NCBI GenBank assembly: GCA_002811645.1
Contig: PDIP01000038.1
Location: 59,129 to 123,128, forward strand
Length of the DNA: 64,000 bases
Source of the DNA: Corallochytrium limacisporum Hawaii
Lineage: Eukaryota > Protista > Pluriformea
Direction of reading: 5' to 3'
In this document: piece after piece, positions 23,052 through 32,800 of the stretch
Position numbering within the stretch: position 1 is the first letter of the stretch
How the letters are laid out: every line of letters starts with the position of its first letter
The notes under the pieces: generated by a model
Seen by the model: only the letters and a program-made list of their open reading frames with translations
The model's database searches: none
Told to the model about the DNA's origin: nothing
Made by a program: the position numbers and the translations under genes

Positions 23052-23331
23052 CGGGAAACGATGGCTCAGTTCATCGCAAGCGGCTGTCAACTTTATTCTT
23101 TGATGAGGAATCTGTTTCCCATGCATGGTCTGCGTTAAATGCTATTTCCAAACCATTCCTTGCGCTGTAGATACCCCCTTCCAACAGTGACAAGGTGATT
23201 TCTTCGCACCGTCGATCATGGATCTGGGCGCAAAGCACAAGCGAAAATAGGAAGGGCAAGCGAATGTAAAGTTGGAGGCGTACGTGTTGCGACCTGTGAA
23301 CCGAATGACGACGTAGTTTTCCGCTTTCAAA

Positions 23332-24339
23332 ATGGTGAAGAAACACTTGTTTGTAGACGGGGACGATTTGGATGACCCCCTTCGTGAAGTTGCTGCTTCC
23401 GGTTTGCAGAACAAGCAGAAGCGCAGAAATCCCGACATACCAATCCCTGAAGATTCAGAGGATGAAGCACCTGAGGAAGTCTCGGCCAAGGCAGCCAAAC
23501 GTTTTGTAAAATCTAAGGAATCTGACCAACAGAAGGCCATTCAAGCAAAGCAAAAGAGGGAGAAAAGAGTGCGCCGTCAGAAACAGCAAGCCGCTCTATT
23601 GGCAAAGACAGACAAGCAGAAGAAGCAGAAGATAGACACGGAAGTAGCCGATAACCCAGAATTGACCAGACGGGGTCCCACCGCCTTGCCTCAGCATATT
23701 CTTGACGCTGCTGCGGAGTCGGAAAATCTTGCGACTGATCGTTCCAGCAGCATCGAGTTGGGGCGTGTACTTGAGCGCAAGCGCTCCTTTGAAGAGGCGG
23801 ACGCCATCGGTGACGATGACGATGACTATATGGATCCTGAGCTGGTGGAGCTACTCAAGGATAGCGCAGGCTTCCCAGGAGCCAATGGATCTGAGGCCGG
23901 TGACGACTCGATCCTCGGCGACGAGGTCTTCCCGGAAGAGGGTAACTTGTCCGACGAAGCATTTGTCATGGGTCTTCATGACGATTATGAGTACGATGAA
24001 GAAGAAATGTCAGACCAGGAGGGAGCAAACACCGAATTCTATGAAGATCGCAACGGCGCAAAGGCCAGCACCAGCAACTCCACAACCAGCCACGCCGGGC
24101 TGGCGAAAAAGAACGGCGTTGTGGCAGTGCCCCTGTCCGCGTTCAGCGCACGCAGCCACATCACAAAGGACCACCGCGCGTCCGCCCTCGCCTGGCGTAA
24201 TAGACGCGTCTACCAGCAGATGGGAACAGGCGGCAACCGAGGGCATCCGGCATCCCGCATAAATGCCGTCGATGACAGAGGGCGCATGAAGTCCAAGAGG
24301 CACCGTCCTGGGGTTCGTTTCCGCTCTAATATGACATAG
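23332..24339 (+). CDS. Highly charged putative nucleolar protein, U3 snoRNA-associated (Bud21/Utp16/NOL7-like)
   Basis: 335 aa, start context TTCAAAATGG. DSEDEAPEEVS followed by a Lys/Arg/Gln coiled coil and LPQHIL resembles the U3-snoRNA-associated family; acidic middle and basic tail. Confidence 0.6.
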   Translation: MVKKHLFVDGDDLDDPLREVAASGLQNKQKRRNPDIPIPEDSEDEAPEEVSAKAAKRFVKSKESDQQKAIQAKQKREKRVRRQKQQAALLAKTDKQKKQKIDTEVADNPELTRRGPTALPQHILDAAAESENLATDRSSSIELGRVLERKRSFEEADAIGDDDDDYMDPELVELLKDSAGFPGANGSEAGDDSILGDEVFPEEGNLSDEAFVMGLHDDYEYDEEEMSDQEGANTEFYEDRNGAKASTSNSTTSHAGLAKKNGVVAVPLSAFSARSHITKDHRASALAWRNRRVYQQMGTGGNRGHPASRINAVDDRGRMKSKRHRPGVRFRSNMT

Positions 24340-24442
24340 TATACACAGGCTCGATTCAAATAAGAACGCGATTGCGCAATTGAAATAGAATTATATACAG
24401 AAACTGTTCTTTATCTTGTGCATGAAGATATCACTTCTCAAC

Positions 24443-27400
24443 TCATGCTGCTTCACGGGCATGGTTGTACTTTCCCAGAATTCTGCGCAACACTTGGAGG
24501 CTGAAGGGTTTAGACATATAGTCGTCCATGCCAACCCTAAGACACTTCTCCATGTCCTCGGGCATTGCATTTGCAGTGACGGCCACAATGTATGGCGGTC
24601 GGGAGTCGTTCAGAGTCTCCCGAATTTGACGAGTGGCGCCGAAGCCATCCATCAGTGGCATGTGCATGTCCATGAAGATCACATGCGGCACTTGATTCTG
24701 TGAATTAAGGACCATTTCGCAGGCTTCGATGCCATTGTTCGCAATGGAAATCTGAGCCGTCGTCTCATCAATGCCGACCTTCTCGAGAAACTTGATTAGG
24801 AGCATCTGGTTGATCTCGTTGTCTTCCACAATGAGCACGCGCCAGGGAACCTGGGAGCCGGTGCTCACAATGTCCACCACTTCGTCAGAATGAGGCACAT
24901 GATCAGCTGCGCCCAATCCCACATCCAGTGGCAGGACTGGCGCGGGTTCATTTGAGATCATGTGGAAGCCACGAACTTCCATGATGCGTTTAGCCACAGT
25001 CATGAATCGCACAGGTTTGTTCACATCGCAAACAATATGTTCCAGGATGGGATTGATGTCCTCGCTGAGACTGCTGGCACTGTCAGTCTTTCTGTTGTCC
25101 TCGCTCATGCGGGTCGCGGCTGGCACAGGAGAATCCATGAACGGCGTCTGGTTCTTATTGTGGCCCATAATGACAAAGCGCATGTCTGGGTTCGCGTCCA
25201 GTAGACGGACAATAGCATTTTGAGTGGCGTTGAAAGTGCAGTCCGACGTCTGGGAGCCCGTGAAGCTGCCTCTCCGGCTGCTGGTTCGTGTGGATTCCGA
25301 GCCAGAGTGACCGTCACTAGAAAGCAATACCAGATCGATGCCGCCTCGGGCGACCAGGGGAGTTGCCTCCTCGACTGTTGCACACCCGTTTATCCTAAGA
25401 CCCCAGTTCTGGAATTGCCGCACCATAGCTGTGCGCGATCCATTGTGGCTGTCCACAACTAGCACAGTGTTGCGGTGAGGAGTGAAAGGGTCCTTGGAGA
25501 TCTTCTTGAAGTCAGGAGGACCCTCACCTTCAGCGAGATAGCCAATAAAATTTGCCGGGAATTCCTCTGGACTAAGCTTGCAAGCCTCCACCCTGACATT
25601 GAAGCAGAAGCTGGAGCCTACGTCCACAGTGGATTGTTCTAGCCAAGCATCACCACCCATCAGGCGGGCCATCTGCCGACAAATAGCCAGACCCAGTCCA
25701 GTACCGCCGTAGACTCTCGAGGTCGAAGCATCAAGCTGGTGGAATGGTCTGAAGAGCATGCCTTGCTTTTCCGCAGGAATGCCGACACCAGTGTCGAGGA
25801 TCGTGAAACGGATTCTGACACCACTGCTGCTGGCCAGACCACGGCCGTCTGAGCTACATAAAGACTGAGACGGGGTCACGGGGCCCTGGGCCTCGTACAA
25901 CCCTGCTGAGATCGAGCTCTTTAGATGAGACTCTACTGGTTTCGCTACTGATGTGGTATGGACACTCAGATTCGGGGTCGAGCGGCTCTGTTCCTCTTCT
26001 GGGAGGCTACAGTCGTGCAGATAGTCCAGACTCTCTACCATTGCATTGGTTGCCGGCTGATGTTTCTGGCCCCGAGAGAAGGATCGGGACATGCGGCCTA
26101 TGCGATGGCTGCTTCCAGAGCCTCTCAGTAGACGATTTAGACCACGGTTACTAGTGTTCTCCGAATGGGATTGGACTGCCTCTTCGTTGGGTTCTGACAT
26201 GGCGGTGTCTGACATTGCGATGGAGTTGGTCTCCAAGCTGACCTGGACACTGACAGATCCGGTGTCCGTGAATTTCAAGGCGTTGCTTAGGAAATTGCAC
26301 AGAACCTGGCGCAGGCGATGCTCATCAGCCTCGATAAACTCGGGTACGGTATCATCCATGACATAGTATACATCCAAATGGGCGTTTTTCATGCCAGGGA
26401 CAGTGATGTGAAGGGCATCTTCGATACACGAGCGCAGACTGAAGCGAGTCTTTTGCAGTTCCATTTGCCCACTTTCTATCTTAGAAAAGTCGAGCAAATC
26501 ATTCACAACCATGAGAAGGTGGTGACCGCTGACCTTAATGTTCTTAAGGTATTCACGTTGCTGTAGATTGAGCTCCGCATCCTCAAGCAGAGAAGTCATA
26601 CCAATCACACCGGATATTGGCGTGCGCAGTTCGTGGCTCATGTTCGCCAGAAACAGGGTCTTCGCCTCACTCAGAGCCTTGGCCTTATCACGTTCAAGTT
26701 CGGCTATGCGCTGACGTTTACGGTATTTGATGTTCTTCTGCCTCTTCCACACGAGGAAGGCTAAGAAAGCAGCCGCACAGGTGGCCAACACAATCACCAC
26801 ATAAATCCACGTTGGAGTTGTATGTTGTGGTGGGAGACCAACATTGAGGCTAAGCTCTCCTTCTTGCACCACTTCATCTTCATAGAGGAATACCACGGAT
26901 GCCCGTCCTTCGGTTTTAAAGGTCAGCGAGAAGCAGAGCGTGTAACTATTCTGACGACTGAAAGACCGATCGCCGCAGTCGACTGGTTGAGCAATTTTGC
27001 GTTCACCGTCGCCATCTTCATAGGTAGCAACCAGTAAGTCCTCGTGGATAGAGGTAGGGTTGTCAAAGGAGTCTTGAGGATGTACGGCAATGATGAGATT
27101 GCTGCCCGCTTGCACAAGGCCATCCGGCAAACCATCTACGCGGAAGTGTGCTACATCAGGCGGGCCGGCAACGATCTCGCGAATAAACGAAGGACCGCCT
27201 TGCAAGGCTTCACCATTGATGATTACGGTAATGGTATAGACATCTGCTAGAGTAATATCAGCGTAAAATGTCTCACTACCATCGGGATTCACTTCAGAGA
27301 ATGGACGCACAAGTGTCTTCTGACCAGAGATGAAAACACGGACTCTCTCACCCGGCTCATTGCGGAGATTGCCAAACTGATCCGCAGTCGTGATAGTGAG

Positions 27401-29854
27401 ACTCTGGTTCAGGCTTGCCGGCAGCGTTGTAGATTCAATCAGAGGTCCAACGGCGGTACTGGTTTCACCAGCGGCAGGGCCAGGAACAGTGGTGATCGTA
27501 AACGGTGAATCCAGGAAAGCACCCACGGCGTCGGCACCCGCAACTTCGGTGGCATCGAAGCGGTTAGGCACGGACAGGTGGAAATCATGAGATGTTCCAC
27601 GCATGAAGATGATCGCCGTCTCAATGACGACTGTTCCTGTGGCAGTAGCCCTAAAGGGCGCCTGGAACGTCTGTGACTCTTCATCATACTGCCAGTCAAT
27701 TAGTGCTCCATCGGATAAGTCAAATTGGTTAGTCATGGCATCTCGTTCATCAGGACTGTCGGTGATGTTCAAGACGGACGAGACTATGCGGTATCGCGGA
27801 TGAGGTAGAACGATATCACCCTTCTTGTCACGTGCGTCGAAAATGAGTTTCAACTCAGTTCCGGCTGCAAAGGTTATCGCCATTCCGTCATTCTCAATGT
27901 TATCAGTCGTATTCGTATTGACCACACTGATCTTACACTTCATCACATCTGGGAAGAAAACACTGCGGTACGAACCAGGGAAGAGTACGCCTTGGTCGCT
28001 GTCACCGGCCAGCAATGCGATCGTCATTTCATGGCAGTTTTGAGTGAGGAAGGTCGTGGGTGGAATGACTGTGGATGCGCCGAGGACAGCACCAAGAGTC
28101 GGTACAGCAGTCGGCAATGTCTCAACTATGCCATCCATAACCACTGCAGTATCGTCCTTGTTCAAACGGACACTCTCGTGCCATATATCAAGTTCAATGG
28201 CCATGACGTCTGCAAAGTGAGGATGGATGTGGTAGAAGCATTTCTCACGCGGCTTGAAGGGCACAGGACTGAGAGAGCCAGGTAAGTTTCCGCTTTCTTC
28301 AGTAAGTTCAATAACACCGGAGCATTCCTTGCCAGCGTTGAGGTCCAACACGACATTCACTGGAGCCATTGAATTGTTCTCAACAGTGATATCGACGATG
28401 CAGCCCTCACCGATGAGAAATTCCATTTCTACCTCGCGCTCCGTGGGACCTAGAGTGACGGACTCTTGCAGTTGAACTTCTCCATCATGAGTGACTGTGA
28501 TGGAAGCAGAAAGATCAACATTGTAGACTACCTCCTCGTAAAAGATGAGATAGTCAAAGTCAATGTCATCCTTAGTCATGCCAGGTACATAAACAGGTCC
28601 TTCCAGCCGGTTGAGTAGCAAGTCGTTCAAGACGAAATTTACCGAAAAGAGCTGTTCCGGCAGGACAGTCGGTCCCAGACGCGCCGATTGGGACATATTT
28701 TGACCTATGGATAGCGGCTGAGTCTGCGGTCCGACTAGACCAAGTGTGTTGGGGCGAGTGAACGCCCAGGTTGCAGACCAACATGGTCTGTCCTCTCCTG
28801 CCATTGAACGACTATTCAACTTACTGTACATGATTACAACGCTCTGAAAAGGCACCTCCACTTGAAGCGTACTAGGAGGTGGATTATCTTCGTCGTAGAG
28901 CACACTGTTTGTTTTGAGAGTGGGGTCGTTCCAGACGTCTCCAACACCCCCACTCACTGTGTAGATTTCGAGGCTCTCATCTTCGCCAAAGGTGACATTA
29001 AAGAGAGATATGTCCATTACCAATCCTAATTCCTCATTGAGTACTGTCGGTGCACCAGCGCTTGGTAGAAAGACCGAGATACAATCCTTCTTCATAGTAT
29101 CGCGCGATGAGTCCAAGAGGTCACCGGAGAGTCCGGTATAGAGACCTGCTCCATTGCACCTCGCTCCGCGCGGCAGGACTTGAAAAGGACCGTATGCAGC
29201 ATCACTCTCCATGTACTGTGCATAGACTTGCTGCCCTTTGAAGAAGTATATGACGCCATCATTTCGGAAGACTCCATCAATGCCATCTGGTACACCTGGG
29301 TACAACTCGCCAATAGCTGTTGTCGATCCTCGTACGCGTTGTGGTCCGCTAAGGGTCAACGTGTAGTCGATGACAGTTGTCGGCAAGAACAGACGCAGAA
29401 TATCATCATCAACGACGAACGTTGCTGTAATGGTACCAGGGACAATACCTTCGATAGCGACCTCCTGGGCAACACACCCGAAAACACCCCGTCTCCAAAC
29501 GAGGTAAAGCAAATCTCCTACGATGATTACCGTGACGGTATTATTCTTGTACACGGCATCAACATCCTCCGGGCGCTCAAACCAGTCCCCACATTTACCT
29601 TCAACAGGCTTATGCGTTATGAAAAACTCATCTGTTGGCGTGATCTCTGTGCTGCGTTTTGTGAGGAAGTCGTAAACCTGTACGCCATCCTCGGAAATGA
29701 ATACGGCCCGCGCATCCCGAGTTGGTTCTGGAGTATCAATGTATACACCCTTCATAGGCAAACGTATCCCATCGAATGCACGTTGTGCCGCTGTCAGCAC
29801 TGCAAAGCTGCAGATCACTGCCAGCACGGCTGTAACCCATCTCTGCACTTGCAT
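24443..29854 (-). CDS. Single-pass receptor hybrid histidine kinase: signal peptide, hemopexin-like, CUB-like x2, filamin-type Ig repeats, TM, HisKA, HATPase, pseudo-receiver, receiver
   Basis: H-box FLANMSHELRTP (His1074), N-box LRQVLCNFLSNALKFT, G1 DTGVGI, F-box LFRPFHQ, G2 GGTGLGLAI. Terminal REC: VLIVEDN...FMDMHMP (Asp1729)...VTANA...SKP. TM WIYVVIVLATCAAAFLAFLVW followed by KRQK. The kinase call is firm; ectodomain names are less certain. Confidence 0.95.
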   Translation of the reverse strand: MQVQRWVTAVLAVICSFAVLTAAQRAFDGIRLPMKGVYIDTPEPTRDARAVFISEDGVQVYDFLTKRSTEITPTDEFFITHKPVEGKCGDWFERPEDVDAVYKNNTVTVIIVGDLLYLVWRRGVFGCVAQEVAIEGIVPGTITATFVVDDDILRLFLPTTVIDYTLTLSGPQRVRGSTTAIGELYPGVPDGIDGVFRNDGVIYFFKGQQVYAQYMESDAAYGPFQVLPRGARCNGAGLYTGLSGDLLDSSRDTMKKDCISVFLPSAGAPTVLNEELGLVMDISLFNVTFGEDESLEIYTVSGGVGDVWNDPTLKTNSVLYDEDNPPPSTLQVEVPFQSVVIMYSKLNSRSMAGEDRPCWSATWAFTRPNTLGLVGPQTQPLSIGQNMSQSARLGPTVLPEQLFSVNFVLNDLLLNRLEGPVYVPGMTKDDIDFDYLIFYEEVVYNVDLSASITVTHDGEVQLQESVTLGPTEREVEMEFLIGEGCIVDITVENNSMAPVNVVLDLNAGKECSGVIELTEESGNLPGSLSPVPFKPREKCFYHIHPHFADVMAIELDIWHESVRLNKDDTAVVMDGIVETLPTAVPTLGAVLGASTVIPPTTFLTQNCHEMTIALLAGDSDQGVLFPGSYRSVFFPDVMKCKISVVNTNTTDNIENDGMAITFAAGTELKLIFDARDKKGDIVLPHPRYRIVSSVLNITDSPDERDAMTNQFDLSDGALIDWQYDEESQTFQAPFRATATGTVVIETAIIFMRGTSHDFHLSVPNRFDATEVAGADAVGAFLDSPFTITTVPGPAAGETSTAVGPLIESTTLPASLNQSLTITTADQFGNLRNEPGERVRVFISGQKTLVRPFSEVNPDGSETFYADITLADVYTITVIINGEALQGGPSFIREIVAGPPDVAHFRVDGLPDGLVQAGSNLIIAVHPQDSFDNPTSIHEDLLVATYEDGDGERKIAQPVDCGDRSFSRQNSYTLCFSLTFKTEGRASVVFLYEDEVVQEGELSLNVGLPPQHTTPTWIYVVIVLATCAAAFLAFLVWKRQKNIKYRKRQRIAELERDKAKALSEAKTLFLANMSHELRTPISGVIGMTSLLEDAELNLQQREYLKNIKVSGHHLLMVVNDLLDFSKIESGQMELQKTRFSLRSCIEDALHITVPGMKNAHLDVYYVMDDTVPEFIEADEHRLRQVLCNFLSNALKFTDTGSVSVQVSLETNSIAMSDTAMSEPNEEAVQSHSENTSNRGLNRLLRGSGSSHRIGRMSRSFSRGQKHQPATNAMVESLDYLHDCSLPEEEQSRSTPNLSVHTTSVAKPVESHLKSSISAGLYEAQGPVTPSQSLCSSDGRGLASSSGVRIRFTILDTGVGIPAEKQGMLFRPFHQLDASTSRVYGGTGLGLAICRQMARLMGGDAWLEQSTVDVGSSFCFNVRVEACKLSPEEFPANFIGYLAEGEGPPDFKKISKDPFTPHRNTVLVVDSHNGSRTAMVRQFQNWGLRINGCATVEEATPLVARGGIDLVLLSSDGHSGSESTRTSSRRGSFTGSQTSDCTFNATQNAIVRLLDANPDMRFVIMGHNKNQTPFMDSPVPAATRMSEDNRKTDSASSLSEDINPILEHIVCDVNKPVRFMTVAKRIMEVRGFHMISNEPAPVLPLDVGLGAADHVPHSDEVVDIVSTGSQVPWRVLIVEDNEINQMLLIKFLEKVGIDETTAQISIANNGIEACEMVLNSQNQVPHVIFMDMHMPLMDGFGATRQIRETLNDSRPPYIVAVTANAMPEDMEKCLRVGMDDYMSKPFSLQVLRRILGKYNHAREAA

Positions 29855-32800
29855 CTTGCTAGTGTGATTTCTTCATAGGTATAACTTCCCTATTTTATTC
29901 GAAGCTACATACTTCTGTCGCTCTAAATTTCCCTTCAGTTCCACATACTCTGTCTTTGTTCTTGGTTCAATTGAATGTTATGACCGTTATTTGAAGTCAG
30001 GAATACAATTTCCTGGTTGTGGTAGACCCGAACCATCAAGTTCAAAGAATTACAAAATCGATCTCTACAATACCTTTCGTTTCCAGGCGCCGTGGAACAT
30101 CTCTATGCCCCAAGAGTTTTTTGGAAAATACATAATATCAACAAACAATATCCATCGACCATCTCCAACCCCGACCGTATCGATGCAAGAGCGGCAACGC
30201 TTACGTCGAAGTGGAGATTGGAACTAAAGATGAATGGTCCCGGACGCAGACAGACCTTTCCCCCCTCAGGCCCCTCCCGCGCTTCCACCCCTGCTCAGCT
30301 TGTTCCCTGTTTTTCTCTGTATTTTTTTCGCTGATCCATGATTCTCTCTTGAAAGCTCATCAAAACTCTCTGAACTTGGCCAGTGGAGCAAAAGGTTCCA
30401 TGGCCCTGTTCCCTTCCTCCCCTCGCTCCGTGGAGTATGAGTTGTACCATAAATTATGCACGTAGTGTGACAGTTGGTGTAGATCGTTCTTGGCTTGCTT
30501 CGCTCGGATGGATGGTGAGGCACGCAGAGCTCTGCGAAGGGGTGGACGGTTTATCGTCAACGTCATTTTGGCAGGCAAACGGATTAGTGGGCGAGCCGGG
30601 AAAAATATTCAGGCCAAAAACAACTGACACTGACCGTGACAGCACCGACCCTCCATATCCCCTGGACCTCCCCCTCTCCCGGGGAACCTACGCAGAGCCT
30701 GGCGAGAACGTGGCAGTGAAACCCGCTGAAAAGATTCTGAGGCAAAAGCACCAAAGATCGCGGCGCACATGTAAGGAATTTTAATACTGAAAGTAGGACG
30801 GATTGGAAGCGAGATCGAAAATTTGGATAGATTGCAGACGCTTCCCCCCCCCCCTCCTTCTCCCGTAACCCCCCGCGCACCGCGTTTGAAAGATCGATGG
30901 AGAGGGTTTTATCGGCAGGGAATTCCGCTGAGACACGCATGCGAACCTAAAAATCTAGCTTATATATTTTGTATGCAGAATGGCCCAAAGTCGGGAGTCT
31001 ATTTAAAATTCGATGGGAGTAGCGGGCTTTTTAGGTTAATCATCGACTTTAGCCTGGCCACTGAAGGTATGATGAGGTCAAGAGAACGGAAGAAAAAAGC
31101 AGGGTCCATCGGCTTCCAGGGCTACACAACAACCAAAAATTTGTTGACTGGAAGGCTAAATGTGATTGTTGAGGGATTGGAGGTACGTCCATTTCCTTCC
31201 ATTCCTTCGCCTAAAGTTGATTTTCAAGGTGTTTTGGCAGACCGCAGGTTTGGGTTGATGTTTTAGGCCTTCTTTCTGTCGGACGAATAAAATAGGGAGA
31301 GAGAAATTCTGGGACTTGGTGCTTTTTGGCTTCCCCACTCGCGATTTGTTTTGCGCCAGCCAACCAAAAAGTTGTTCTGCGGGCAAAAGGAAGTTCTACG
31401 TAGTGGTACCGTTGTCTTATCATTGGTCGGGGGTACCGGGGTGTTCGATCGGCAGAGCGACGCCAAGAGAGGGAACTGCTGGGAGGGGAGAGAGGGGGAG
31501 CGAGATCGAGACGGGCTGGGTCATTAGCTCACATGGTTACTGTGAGAGAAAGGATTTTGGCTGAGGTACCTGCTAAAGGTGCGGATGTGCCGTAGGAGAA
31601 CTGAAACTAAATATTAGGAAACCCGACGGCACGCGGAGAGGGAGGGTCCATCGAAGAAGTCCGCGCACCAAAGGACCATCAAACAAAGAAGCGCTGAACA
31701 AAACAAAGAGTGTAAGGGAGAGACGTCGTGTCCAAGCAAGAACAGACAAAGAAAACATAGAACAGGCACAGAGTGACATAGCGGTAAGTAGTGGGACAAG
31801 GATCTTTTGCTATCTTACTGGGGATGGGTACGGACACTCGCAGGACAAGACTGTGACGCAGAAAAGTCTCGATAGCATATGTACATATCATACTCGCACA
31901 CGTAGAGGACCAAATGCAGAACCCATACTGTGCGGAACCGCATGACAATGTCGTTGTCTGCGTAATCACAGCGCACATCCCCCGATCTTTACGTGCCATC
32001 AAATGACATCCTGAAACTCGTCAACTTCTTATAAAGGTGCAATATTTTTAATACCCAATACATTGTCAGCGGCGGCTCAATCCAGAGAGAACCGTTCTAA
32101 TTCTACATGCATCTTGACTTCGCAAGCGAGCGCGGCATTCTGTTCATGGGGATGTATGCGAAATACTGCCCCAGCTGTCCAGCGCCTGTTTATCTTAGTT
32201 AATATTCGATAGCCATTGGGGCCTACTTCTTCGAAGGAATGTGTGGCTTTATGGCTTTGTCGCCGTGCTACATTCACGACATCCCCGTTGCCTTTCGGAG
32301 TGGCCTTTGCCTTTGGTACTCAGAGTGGTCGGGAGAGTGTAAGCTCGTTCGTAGTGTATGAAAGATTGTGACACCAAAGCACGCAGCTACTGCGGTATCC
32401 TCACTCCTCGTGAGATCTCCCACATACTCCCCCATAGGGAACCACATTTGTTCCATTTCTTTCACACACGAACTTCAGAGGGCCAGTTCGTCCAAAACAT
32501 TCCAGCACAAAGCCGCCTCCATTTGTTCCAAAACCTAAACGGTTACTACTCACCCCACATTACTAAAATATTGTAGGACTGTGGGACGCTTATGCCTTAT
32601 GCCACCGGTGGCAGTCATTAAGTCGAAAACACTCGCTGTATTGGTAGCATCGCCATGGTCCGACATGTATGCGGGAGAGGGAGAGAGAGGTTGTGGATCG
32701 ATTGGTTTGGCCCTACATTAAGTACGCTGGTAGTATTCGATACATCTAAGCCGGTGGACACTTGTGATTCTAGAGTCACTATACCATTTCTACCCGCCCC

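Noticed and set aside
29180-29878. 232-aa antisense ORF over the HK 5' end; similar ORFs at 35221-35913, 46426-47121 and 55688-56425
   Set aside because: Shadow frames of well-supported genes.
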